From an uncultured Eubacteriales bacterium (GTDB lineage Bacteria > Bacillota > Clostridia > Oscillospirales > JAKOTC01), in assembly GCA_964612155.1 (NCBI GenBank), contig CAZTDA010000001.1, positions 1 to 32,820 of the forward strand: a DNA stretch of 32,820 nucleotides, given 5' to 3'. Positions within the stretch are counted from its first letter, which is position 1, and every line of letters starts with the position of its first letter. A model generated the notes under the pieces. The model saw nothing but the letters and a program-made list of their open reading frames with translations. It was not told the origin of the DNA and did not search any database. Both the position numbers and the translations under genes were made by a program. Below, piece after piece: positions 1-7,866 of this stretch.

Positions 1-83
1 CGCGGTTTCATGATTACATTCATGTTTCAATCTTTTTTTCTCTCTTCACTTAAAAAGAAAAATGAAAAACGAAGAATGAAAAG

Positions 84-134
84 AGAAAAAAGATAAACCA
101 AAGGACGAACGGAGGGAACGGCCGTTCGTCCTTT
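84..134 (-). terminator. Rho-independent terminator downstream of the beta-helix lipoprotein gene
   Basis: Perfect 13-bp stem AAAGGACGAACGG (100-112) / CCGTTCGTCCTTT (122-134) with a 9-nt loop. On the minus strand the stem is followed by GGTTTATCTTTTTTCTCTTTTC. Confidence 0.6.
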
Positions 135-226
135 GTTATATAAGGTCACCGGGGAAGGCGACCCTCTAAACCCTCTCCCATGCCGTGCTTGCTCGGCACG
201 GGCGGGGATTTATTCGAATGAAATGC

Positions 227-2065
227 TCAGCGTCTGCCGCCCGGCATACCGCCCATACCGCCCATGCCGCCGCCGGCATTTCCAATCGTGGAAAGTCCGC
301 CCGCTGTAAAACTGCCGGCAGCACTGCCGCCGATATTCAGGGTGTAGGTCGTGCCGGTCACAAGCTGCGGCGCCGAGATAACGATGTTGGAAAAGTTTTT
401 GGTTGGGGTATACTCGACGATCACGTTACCGCTTTTATCGGTCACGGTAACCTTGGTGCCGCCCGACACCGTAGAAACGGTCGCCATAATGCAGTTGACC
501 TTGGAACTCGAATCGGGCGCCTGCGCCATGCCGCTGCTGCCCGCCGCGATCAAAACCGCGCCGCTGTTGGTGCAGGTGCCGTTATAATCGAGCGCACCGT
601 TGCCGTCATTGGTCGGGCCGTCGATTAAAATCGTGCCGCCCGTGAGCACCACGCTGCCGTTGCTGTCAAGTCCGTCGCCGCCCGCATTCAGGTAGATATA
701 CCCGCCACCGATGGTAACACAATTGTTCGCGTTTGCGGCCATCTCTCCGCCGCCGAAGAAAGTATTCGTGCTGTCGTCGCTGCCACCGGCGGAGTTGATG
801 CCGTCGTCGCTTGCGGTGACACTGATATTGCTCCCGCAGATGTAGATCGTCATGCCCTCCAGACCCTCATTAGACTTGATGACTTTGATCTCACCCGCGT
901 CAATCTCAAGCGCCGTGTCGGCGTGGAAGGCGTCGTCGCCCGCCGCGATGGCAAAAGTGCCGCCCGCAATTTTGATGTCGGTGTTGGAATGGACGGCGTC
1001 ATCATAGGTGTCGAGTGTAAAGGTCCCGCCCGTGATACTGATTCCGCTTCCGCCTTTCAGCCCTTTTTTGCTCTCCTCGGTGGTCGTTGTGGTCGTATTA
1101 TTACCGCCGCCGGAAGGTGCCGAAGCGCTGCCGCCGCCCGTTGTGATATCAAACGTGCCGCCGGAGATTGTCAAAACCGTATAGGCCTGAATGCCGTCGT
1201 TACCGGCTGTGATGTTATAGCTGCCGCCCGAGATATTGATTGTACCTTTTGCGGTATCCTCGTCGTTGTTGGATTGGAGGCCGTCGGCGCCGGCATTGAT
1301 CGTGAAATTGCCGTCTGTGATCGTGATGCTGTCGCGTCCGCGAAGGGCGTCGTTGACCGCAACAACCGTATAAGTTCCGCCTGCAATCACGAGGTCATCT
1401 TTTGACAGAATACCGTTTTGGTAATTGCCGTTGACGGTGAGTGTGCCGGTGCCGTTGAATGTGAGGTCGTCCATCGAGAAAACGGCGGCGTTGGGCTCGT
1501 CAGTGCCGGAGCTGAGGGTATAGGAGGAACCGTCAGTGATCGTATTCTGAGTCCCCGCCGCCAGTGTGATGATGATTTTTTCGCTCTGCACGCCGTAGAT
1601 GCCGCTGCCGTAAGAGCAGCTGATGTTCACGCCGTTGAGCACCAGTGAAACCTTGTCTTCCTTGTTTGCATTGACGATAATCTGTCCGTTTTTCAGCGTG
1701 CCGCTGACGGTATAAGTGCCCGCACCCGTGATTGTGACCGTACTGCCGCTGACTTTGATATTAGAACCGGAAGCCGTGATCGAATCGCCGCTCAATGTTA
1801 TCGTATTTTCATCGGAAGGGGAAACTGCGGTCGTGTCTTCTGTTTTAACTTTGTTTTCGACTGAGGAGACGCTGGCTTTGATGTCGTCGCTCACCTCCGC
1901 CACCGATGCGGCCGAGGATGATATCGGAAACGAATTTGAGGAAAAAATGGCGGTGCTTGATACGCTTGACCCAATATCGGAACTCGCACAGCCCGCCGCA
2001 AATATCAGCACCAGGGCCGTACAGAGAATTGCATAGAATTTTTTCAAATGAAGCACTTCTTTCAC
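227..2065 (-). CDS. Secreted lipoprotein with parallel beta-helix-type repeats, Cthe_2159/DUF4353-like carbohydrate-binding domain protein
   Basis: 612-aa ORF. The GTG start at 2065 overlaps the stop of the upstream gene (GTGA) and is preceded by AAAGAGGAA. Lipoprotein signal peptide ...LVLIFAAGC, then a Ser-rich linker. About 8-10 repeats follow the pattern GG(T/S)(F/Y)x(I/V)...D(D/G)(G/A)(I/L)x(S/A), e.g. ISGGSYNITAGNDGIQA, ITGGTFTLDTYDDAVHS, IAGGTFAIAAGDDAFHA. Gly/Met tail GGGMGGMGGMPGGRR. The family name is recalled from memory (Pfam PF14262), not searched. Confidence 0.8.
   Translation of the reverse strand: MKEVLHLKKFYAILCTALVLIFAAGCASSDIGSSVSSTAIFSSNSFPISSSAASVAEVSDDIKASVSSVENKVKTEDTTAVSPSDENTITLSGDSITASGSNIKVSGSTVTITGAGTYTVSGTLKNGQIIVNANKEDKVSLVLNGVNISCSYGSGIYGVQSEKIIITLAAGTQNTITDGSSYTLSSGTDEPNAAVFSMDDLTFNGTGTLTVNGNYQNGILSKDDLVIAGGTYTVVAVNDALRGRDSITITDGNFTINAGADGLQSNNDEDTAKGTINISGGSYNITAGNDGIQAYTVLTISGGTFDITTGGGSASAPSGGGNNTTTTTTEESKKGLKGGSGISITGGTFTLDTYDDAVHSNTDIKIAGGTFAIAAGDDAFHADTALEIDAGEIKVIKSNEGLEGMTIYICGSNISVTASDDGINSAGGSDDSTNTFFGGGEMAANANNCVTIGGGYIYLNAGGDGLDSNGSVVLTGGTILIDGPTNDGNGALDYNGTCTNSGAVLIAAGSSGMAQAPDSSSKVNCIMATVSTVSGGTKVTVTDKSGNVIVEYTPTKNFSNIVISAPQLVTGTTYTLNIGGSAAGSFTAGGLSTIGNAGGGMGGMGGMPGGRR
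245..271. repeat. 3 x 9-bp tandem repeat (CATACCGCC CATACCGCC CATGCCGCC) encoding (GGM)3 at the lipoprotein C-terminus
   Basis: Read directly from the sequence at 245-271. On the minus strand it translates to GGMGGMGGM. Confidence 0.9.
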
Positions 2066-2733
2066 AATTCCTCTTTGATCGCGCCGCCGATTTTGCCGCA
2101 GCTCACATTGAGGTTGCCGTTGCGGCAGCGCAGCGCGTCGAGGAACTTTTTTTCAATGGTGTTGCCGCTCAGCGTAACGTGATATTGCAGTTCGAACATA
2201 CTGCCCAAATTGGTGGTTTTCACGCGGACCAGTTCGGTCTTTTTGGTATATACGGCAAAGATATCGTCAAACGCGCCGTTATAATCCAACGCTTCGGGGA
2301 TGGTGATTTTCAAATCACGTTCGTCCATGCGGGTTTCGCCGAATTTGGTGGCAAACAGCAGCAGCGTCAGCGCGGCGGCTGCGGCAAAGATGATGAGCGC
2401 ATAGGTCACATAACCCATGCCGGTTGCAATGCCGACTGCAACGGCCATAAAGACCGCCGAGATCTCCCGGGCGCTGCCGGGCGCGGAGCGAAAGCGCACC
2501 AAGCTAAACGCTCCGGCCACGGCGACGCCGGCGCCGATATTGCCGTTGACCATCATAATGACGGCTTGTACCAATACCGGCAGAAGGGCTAAGGTCACGA
2601 TAAGACCTTTTGAATAGGTGTTTTTATAAGTATGGATGAGTCCCAATAGCACGCCCAGCACGATCGATGTCAACGTGCATAAAAGCAGCGGACCGATGGT
2701 CAGCCCCTCCGAAGAAATCATGGTATCAAGCAC
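2062..2733 (-). CDS. DUF4956-like integral membrane protein (about 4 TM helices plus a C-terminal soluble domain)
   Basis: The track ORF 2062-2922 has an N-terminal extension overlapping the VTC gene. The likely start is GTG at 2733 (AAGGAGGT with 7-nt spacing); the alternative is ATG at 2721. Hydrophobic N-terminal half (LLLCTLTSIVLGVLLGL, LALLPVLVQAVIMMV, AVFMAVAVGIATGMGYV, ALIIFAAAAALTLLLF), FSLVRFRS motif, and a soluble tail of about 90 aa. Stop overlaps the next gene's GTG. Confidence 0.75.
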   Translation of the reverse strand: MLDTMISSEGLTIGPLLLCTLTSIVLGVLLGLIHTYKNTYSKGLIVTLALLPVLVQAVIMMVNGNIGAGVAVAGAFSLVRFRSAPGSAREISAVFMAVAVGIATGMGYVTYALIIFAAAAALTLLLFATKFGETRMDERDLKITIPEALDYNGAFDDIFAVYTKKTELVRVKTTNLGSMFELQYHVTLSGNTIEKKFLDALRCRNGNLNVSCGKIGGAIKEEL

Positions 2734-3454
2734 AGATGATACCTCCTTTTTTGTTTTGCAGTTCCGGGAATATATAGTCGGTATAGCAAGTACCGTATTT
2801 GGAAAACGAGGCCGGTCGGATGTCGTTTTGTTCAAAAAATCTGCACAGCCACAGCGGGATTGCTCCGGCGGTCTTGACCTCGACCAGCCGTTTGTTGTTC
2901 TCGATGATCGGCATTCCGTCACAGCCGAGCCCCGGCCACAGCCGGTTGGTGCGCGTCCGGATGCCGCTGTCGATCGTCAGGCGGAGGTTTGGGTCGTCGT
3001 TATCGTAAAATGCCTCGCGTTCGTAGGCGATAAAGGCCTTAGGCAGCGGATTGTAATAGTTCATAAAGTATTCGATTTCGCGGCCGATCTGGCTGTCGCG
3101 CCCCGCGCCGGGGATTCCGCCCATCCAGTCCGCAGCGTTTGCAAGGGACATTTTGATGCGTCTTTTATACACCACGCCTTTGTATTTTTTCTTCAGTTCC
3201 AAAAACACCGTGTCATCGGTTTTCGGAACGCCGTAACAGCGCAGCCGCAGCTTTTCCTTATAAACGGGCTTTTCCAGCGAGGCCCGGATGATTCGATAAT
3301 CGTCAGTGTCGAAATAGACGCTGCAAACGGTGCTCTTTCCGAACGCGTCGGGATGCATTTTATCCTGCGCCAACCGGTAAAAACGAAGAACCTGCTCGCT
3401 GTCGAGCAAATACTTTTGTTCATATCGTTTAAACACCGTTGTGATATTAGGCAT
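2726..3454 (-). CDS. VTC-domain protein (polyphosphate-polymerase-like, triphosphate tunnel metalloenzyme fold)
   Basis: ATG at 3454 (MPNITTVFKRYEQKYLL...). The track start at 3520 is a TTG with no RBS. Alternating charged beta-strand motifs typical of VTC/CYTH tunnel domains: KRYEQKY, KLRLRCY, FLELKKKYKGVVYKRR, RLTIDSGI, LVEVKT. No TM segment or signal peptide. Confidence 0.8.
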   Translation of the reverse strand: MPNITTVFKRYEQKYLLDSEQVLRFYRLAQDKMHPDAFGKSTVCSVYFDTDDYRIIRASLEKPVYKEKLRLRCYGVPKTDDTVFLELKKKYKGVVYKRRIKMSLANAADWMGGIPGAGRDSQIGREIEYFMNYYNPLPKAFIAYEREAFYDNDDPNLRLTIDSGIRTRTNRLWPGLGCDGMPIIENNKRLVEVKTAGAIPLWLCRFFEQNDIRPASFSKYGTCYTDYIFPELQNKKGGIICA

Positions 3455-3476
3455 GGTAACATCTCTTTTCCGGGAG

Positions 3477-3505
3477 TTGAATCGTGGGTGATCGCATGGT
3501 ATAAT
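3477..3505 (+). promoter_or_regulatory. Near-consensus sigma-A-type promoter facing the two-component operon
   Basis: TTGAAT (3477-3482), 17-nt spacer, TATAAT (3500-3505), with a TGg extended -10 at 3497-3499. Confidence 0.55.
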
Positions 3506-3573
3506 GAAGTCGACTTTCAAACCGGTTTCCTCGTGGGGTATGCCCTTATTCTACACATCATGCTGAAATTACT

Positions 3574-3599
3574 CTGAAAGATCGCTTTCAGGTTTTTTT
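3574..3599 (+). terminator. Intrinsic terminator / attenuator hairpin in the leader of the response-regulator gene
   Basis: CTGAAAG (3574-3580), loop ATCG, CTTTCAG (3585-3591), then G plus T7 (3593-3599). It lies about 65 nt after the predicted promoter and 84 nt before the RR start. A second CTGAAA copy at 3563-3568 could compete for the 3' arm. Confidence 0.5.
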
Positions 3600-3682
3600 C
3601 AGTTTTGCGATATACAATAAGTGAGTCAAATGTTCGCGCGATATGCGTGCGAATCTTTTTAAACCGAAAGGAGCTGTTTTGC

Positions 3683-4357
3683 TTGCGCGTGTTAATTGTG
3701 GAAGACGAAAAACGTCTCGCGGAGGCGCTTGCCCAGATATTAAGCGAACATAAATATGACGCCGAGACCGTTTTCACGGGCACCGACGGCTTGTATTACG
3801 CCAAAAACTCTGCCTATGATGTCATTATTCTCGATGTGATGCTGCCGGGACTGACCGGTTTTGAAGTTGTCCGCCAGCTGCGCGCCGATAAGATTGCCAC
3901 GCCGGTTTTGTTGTTGACTGCCCGCGACGAGATCAACGACAAGGTCAAAGGCCTCGACTGCGGCGCCGACGACTATATGACCAAACCCTTTTCACCCGAC
4001 GAACTGATGGCGCGCGTGCGGGCGCTGTCGCGGCGGCAGGGTGAGGTGCTCACCGATGAAATCACCTTTGCCGATATCACGCTCGACCTTTCCTCCTATA
4101 TGCTAAAAAAAGAGGCAAAATCGGTCCATCTGGGCTTTAAAGAATTCGCCGTGCTGCGGCTCTTGATGGCAAATCCCAATACGGTCGTGCAAAAAGAGAC
4201 GATTTTAACCAAGGTCTGGGGCACTGATTCCGATGCCGAAGATAACAACGTCGAAGCCTATATTTCATTTTTGCGCAAAAAGTTTTTCTATCTCGGCTCA
4301 AAAGTCAACATCGGCACGGTCCGTAAAGTCGGCTATCGGCTGGAGGTTACCGAATGA
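3683..4357 (+). CDS. OmpR/PhoB-family response regulator
   Basis: TTG start at 3683 after AAAGGAG (3667-3673, 9-nt spacing). The track start at 3605 would add an unlikely 26-aa extension. Receiver motifs VLIVEDE, DVIILDVMLPG, TKP. Winged-helix C-terminus (VEAYISFLRKK, VRKVGYRL). Stop overlaps the kinase start (ATGA). Confidence 0.9.
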   Translation: MRVLIVEDEKRLAEALAQILSEHKYDAETVFTGTDGLYYAKNSAYDVIILDVMLPGLTGFEVVRQLRADKIATPVLLLTARDEINDKVKGLDCGADDYMTKPFSPDELMARVRALSRRQGEVLTDEITFADITLDLSSYMLKKEAKSVHLGFKEFAVLRLLMANPNTVVQKETILTKVWGTDSDAEDNNVEAYISFLRKKFFYLGSKVNIGTVRKVGYRLEVTE

Positions 4358-5655
4358 TCAAAAAGCTGCGTTTCAAGTTCATACTCATCAATATGCTGTC
4401 GGTATTTTTGGTGCTGGCTGCGGTCTTCGGCGTGCTGTTATATTCCTCCGCAAAACGCCTGACCGACATGGGAAATGCAGCGCTGACCATGGCCATCTCA
4501 CGGGAATACGATTCTGAACAAGAGCCCTGGGAGATCGGGGGCGGCAAAAAGCTGCAAAACAATCCCACCGAGGGTGAAATGCGGCGCGGCGACGGCTTTT
4601 ATGTGCTCACATTTACGGTCGCGGTCGATTCCGAAGGCACCGTTATGTCTATGGCTACATACGGGGACGAGATTGTCATCAGCGAGGAAGTGCTCTCCCA
4701 AGCGATATCAACAGCTTTAGCCGACCCCGACGGCAGCGGCACCATCGCCGACCTGCACCTGCGCTATCTGGTGAAGAGCGGCACATATGCCTCCAGAATC
4801 GCCTTTGCCGATATGAGCGGTGAGCGTGATTCCATGAACAACCTCATCTTTACTTCGCTCTCAGTCGGCATTGCTGCGCTGCTTGTCTTTTTCCTGTTGG
4901 CCTACTTTCTGTCGGGACTGGCGCTGAAACCGGCAAAAGCGGCATGGCAGCAGCAACAACAGTTTGTCGCCGATGCCTCGCACGAATTAAAGACACCCCT
5001 CACGGTGATCCTTGCCAACACCGATATTTTACTGGCGCACCCCGGCGATACCATTCAAAACCAAAAAAAATGGATCGAAAACACCAAAACCGAGGGCGAG
5101 CGCATGAAAAAACTGGCTGACAACCTGTTGTTTTTGGCCAAATCCGATGCCGCCGGGCAAACCGATGCCCCTCCCCCCGCACTCAAACCGGTCAACCTCA
5201 GCGATACCTCTTGGAAAGTGCTGCTGCCTTTTGAATCGGTCGCGTTCGAACAAGGGGTGGAACTCAACAGCGATATCAAACCCGACATCACTGTTTCGGG
5301 AAATGGCGAGCAGTTAAACCGCCTGATCGTGATTTTGATCGACAACGCCTGTAAATACAGCGGCAAAAACGGAAAAGTGACCCTGTCACTCGCCAAAGAA
5401 CAAGGCAGAGCCAAACTCTCGGTGCATAACACCGGAAACCCGATTGACAAAGCCGATCTGCCCCATATCTTCGACCGCTTCTACCGCGGGGATAAATCCC
5501 GCGCACAGGAGAGCGGCGGGCACGGCCTCGGCCTCTCGATTGCCAAATCCATTGTCGACGCCCACGGCGGGAAACTCACCGTCATCAGCAACAAGGAACA
5601 AGGCACCACGTTTACCGCAGAATTCCCCGAAATCGAAAGGAAAAAACATGTTTAA
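4354..5655 (+). CDS. Sensor histidine kinase with two TM segments and an extracytoplasmic loop of about 135 aa
   Basis: 433 aa. GGAGG sits 7 nt upstream. TM1 LINMLSVFLVLAAVFGVLLY and TM2 LIFTSLSVGIAALLVFFLLAYFL. H-box ASHELKTPL, N-box IDNACKYS, G-boxes HNTGNPI and GGHGLGLSIAK. Confidence 0.9.
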   Translation: MIKKLRFKFILINMLSVFLVLAAVFGVLLYSSAKRLTDMGNAALTMAISREYDSEQEPWEIGGGKKLQNNPTEGEMRRGDGFYVLTFTVAVDSEGTVMSMATYGDEIVISEEVLSQAISTALADPDGSGTIADLHLRYLVKSGTYASRIAFADMSGERDSMNNLIFTSLSVGIAALLVFFLLAYFLSGLALKPAKAAWQQQQQFVADASHELKTPLTVILANTDILLAHPGDTIQNQKKWIENTKTEGERMKKLADNLLFLAKSDAAGQTDAPPPALKPVNLSDTSWKVLLPFESVAFEQGVELNSDIKPDITVSGNGEQLNRLIVILIDNACKYSGKNGKVTLSLAKEQGRAKLSVHNTGNPIDKADLPHIFDRFYRGDKSRAQESGGHGLGLSIAKSIVDAHGGKLTVISNKEQGTTFTAEFPEIERKKHV

Positions 5656-6601
5656 AAAAAGAGGAATTGTCTTACTAATTGATGAAATCGACGATATCTG
5701 GCTGCAATTATGCAAAGATGCGCAGCTCAATGTACTGGGTGTCCATGAGGTCATTATGGAAAAACCGAACAGTGTGCAAAAAGTATTAAATCGTCTGGCT
5801 GAAAAACCCGTCAGGGAACAGCTTGCGCGCTTTGAAAAAGCGGGCATCGAAGTCGAATATGAGCTGCATGCCGTCGAATGGCTGATCCCAAGAGACCTGT
5901 TTGCGTCTGCACCCGCGTTGTTTCGCCAAACCGAGACCGGGGAACGGGTCGCCGAAAACAACTGCTGTGTTTCAAACACGCTCGCGCTCGAAATGCTCTC
6001 GGAGCGGGCGAGGGCGTTGGCCAAACTGCTCGACCAAGTCGGAGACAACTATTATTTTTGGATGGACGACGCGGAAAATGCGACCTGCCGGTGCGAAAAA
6101 TGTCGTGCGCTATCAGGAGCGGATCAGAATATGAAAATGATGAATGCGATTGCCGAAGGCCTCACTTCGGAAAACAAAAACGCAAAGATCGCATATCTGG
6201 CTTATGCGGACGCGCTCACGGTTCCGAAAATCAACCCGCACCCTTCGTTGTTTTTAGAATTTGCCCCGATCTTTCGAAACCATTTTGAGCCGATCACATC
6301 CGGTGACCCGCAAAACACACAGTACCGCAATTTGCTTGTGGAGTTATTAAAAATTTTCAATTCCGGTGATACGCATATTCTTGAATACTGGCTGGACAAC
6401 GCATTCTTTTCAAATTATAAAAAGCCCCCCGTCAAAGTTCCCTTCGACACCCGGACGATGCAGGCGGATGTGGCTTTCTACCGCTCTCTCGGCATTGATT
6501 TCGTCACTTCCTTCGGCTCATGGCTCGATGGGGATTATCGTACGCTCTATGGCACGCCGCCGATCGTCGAATATGGGGAACTTTTAAAACAATGCCCTTA
6601 A
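5648..6601 (+). CDS. Hypothetical cytoplasmic protein with a Cys cluster, third gene of the two-component operon
   Basis: ATG at 5648 (MFKKRGIVLL...) overlaps the kinase stop by 8 nt. The track ORF start at 5444 is an off-frame read through the kinase gene. No signal peptide. Cys motifs NNCCVSN and ATCRCEKCRA next to FWMDD. I have a weak recollection of a DUF4838/GH20-like fold, which I cannot verify here. Confidence 0.6.
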   Translation: MFKKRGIVLLIDEIDDIWLQLCKDAQLNVLGVHEVIMEKPNSVQKVLNRLAEKPVREQLARFEKAGIEVEYELHAVEWLIPRDLFASAPALFRQTETGERVAENNCCVSNTLALEMLSERARALAKLLDQVGDNYYFWMDDAENATCRCEKCRALSGADQNMKMMNAIAEGLTSENKNAKIAYLAYADALTVPKINPHPSLFLEFAPIFRNHFEPITSGDPQNTQYRNLLVELLKIFNSGDTHILEYWLDNAFFSNYKKPPVKVPFDTRTMQADVAFYRSLGIDFVTSFGSWLDGDYRTLYGTPPIVEYGELLKQCP

Positions 6602-6624
6602 GCAACCAAATTTTACACCGCCAC

Positions 6625-6653
6625 TTGCAAAACGCTTCGGATTGTATTAAAAT
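6625..6653 (+). promoter_or_regulatory. Candidate sigma-A-type promoter for the lipoprotein / ABC ATPase / rnhA unit
   Basis: TTGCAA (6625-6630), 17-nt spacer, TAAAAT (6648-6653), about 30 nt upstream of the start codon at 6684. Confidence 0.4.
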
Positions 6654-6683
6654 AGACGGGTATTACTTCGTGGAGGTCTGAAA

Positions 6684-7790
6684 ATGTCAAGAACGAAACG
6701 CGCTATTTCGATATTGCTGCTGTTTGTGATGTGCCTAACGGTGTTCTCGGCCTGTGGACCGGATACCGATCCAATCGTCACGATCAAGGGACCGCCATTC
6801 AGTGTCGAGCAGTATCTCATGTTCCAATTGGACGCTTATAACACCATGGCCAACAAAATGAGCTATACCTTCAACCAGCAAAAAGACGACGGCAGTTATC
6901 TGACGGTCAAAGAGCAGATGGAGCTTTATAACAACATCGACGGTAACCGCGTCGACGTCTGGATCACCGCCAGCACGCTCGAGGAACTGCGCAAGGTGCT
7001 GTATTACGATCAGGCGCTTGCCGATGCCGGCCTCACGATCACCGATGAAGAGATCGAAAGCACCAAGACACAGGCCAAATCTATCTACGATTATTACGAG
7101 GCCTATTACAACGGCTATTACACCCGCAACGGCATCAATCTTGAAGCCGTTCAGTTTTGGTTGACCAACAGCTTAAAAGAGAACACGCTGTTCAAAAGCC
7201 TCTATGACACCAACGGTACACAGGCCGTTTCCGAGGATGCCCTCAAAGCGCATTTTTCCGAGACCTATGCCAGCGCAAAGATCATGAAAGTGCCTTTTTA
7301 CAACGAGTCCAGCGGTGTCGTTTTAACCGACGAACAGATTGAAAACATCGAGGCCTTCTGCAAAACCGCGATTGAAAAGCTCAACGGCGGCCAAATCGAT
7401 ATCGATGCGCTGTATTATAATTTCCTGCTCGCCAACAGCGTGATCAAAGAGGGCGATAAACTTGACCCGATCACACCGGTTTTGTTCGACCTCAACAACA
7501 ACGATTACTCAACCGATATGATCACCACCTACAAAGCCCTCGAAATCGGCAAATCGGGCTACACGAAAGACGAAAATCAAGGTTATTTCTTCATCTATGT
7601 CAAAGGCAACCCGCTGACCGACAAGGAATCCAATTATGCCGATAACCGCGATACCGTTCTGCATGATCTCAAAGACGCTGAATTCCAAGAGAACATCATG
7701 GCGACCACCGATTCCTATGACATTGACCTGAATGCCCGACTGATTAAAAAATATCTGCCAGTAAACATCAAAAAGCTCAACGAGACCTAA
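6684..7790 (+). CDS. Hypothetical lipoprotein
   Basis: 368 aa with GGAGG 7 nt upstream. Signal peptide plus lipobox ILLLFVMCLTVFSAC. Acidic, Tyr/Asn-rich soluble domain with no catalytic motif I recognise. Confidence 0.7.
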   Translation: MSRTKRAISILLLFVMCLTVFSACGPDTDPIVTIKGPPFSVEQYLMFQLDAYNTMANKMSYTFNQQKDDGSYLTVKEQMELYNNIDGNRVDVWITASTLEELRKVLYYDQALADAGLTITDEEIESTKTQAKSIYDYYEAYYNGYYTRNGINLEAVQFWLTNSLKENTLFKSLYDTNGTQAVSEDALKAHFSETYASAKIMKVPFYNESSGVVLTDEQIENIEAFCKTAIEKLNGGQIDIDALYYNFLLANSVIKEGDKLDPITPVLFDLNNNDYSTDMITTYKALEIGKSGYTKDENQGYFFIYVKGNPLTDKESNYADNRDTVLHDLKDAEFQENIMATTDSYDIDLNARLIKKYLPVNIKKLNET

Positions 7791-7866
7791 AATAATCTCT
7801 TGTCTCCGGTGCATAATAACCTCGTTCGCGCGGCAAGCGCAATCAAGCATCGGAGGCAGACAGGTT

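Noticed and set aside
1-23. Possible start of a minus-strand gene running off the left edge (ATG at 23-21, MNVIMKP...).
   Set aside because: Only 7 codons are visible and there is no clear RBS, so it cannot be supported from this window.
185-2592. Long plus-strand ORFs (185-628, 923-1405, 1716-2036, 1906-2592) antisense to the lipoprotein and DUF4956 genes.
   Set aside because: They have Arg/Ala/Gly/Pro-rich shadow-ORF composition, no RBS and no recognisable motifs. The opposite strand encodes proteins with clear signal peptide, TM and repeat structure.
2734-2922. N-terminal extension of the DUF4956 ORF (track start 2922).
   Set aside because: It lies entirely inside the VTC coding sequence and translates to Arg/Ser/Thr-rich nonsense. 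A GTG with AAGGAGGT at 2733 gives a protein that starts at the first TM helix.
3504-3566. 20-codon ORF (MKSTFKPVSSWGMPLFYTSC) in the TCS leader that might be a leader peptide.
   Set aside because: Its ATG lies inside the predicted -10 hexamer, so it would not be on the transcript. There is no RBS.
2636-3577. 313-aa plus-strand ORF across the VTC gene, plus similar large antisense ORFs elsewhere (5386-6048 minus, 25013-25879 plus, 29139-29789 plus, 8197-8625 minus, 9215-9688 minus).
   Set aside because: In every case the other strand or frame carries a protein with strong family motifs. These are the off-frame open stretches typical of GC-rich coding DNA.
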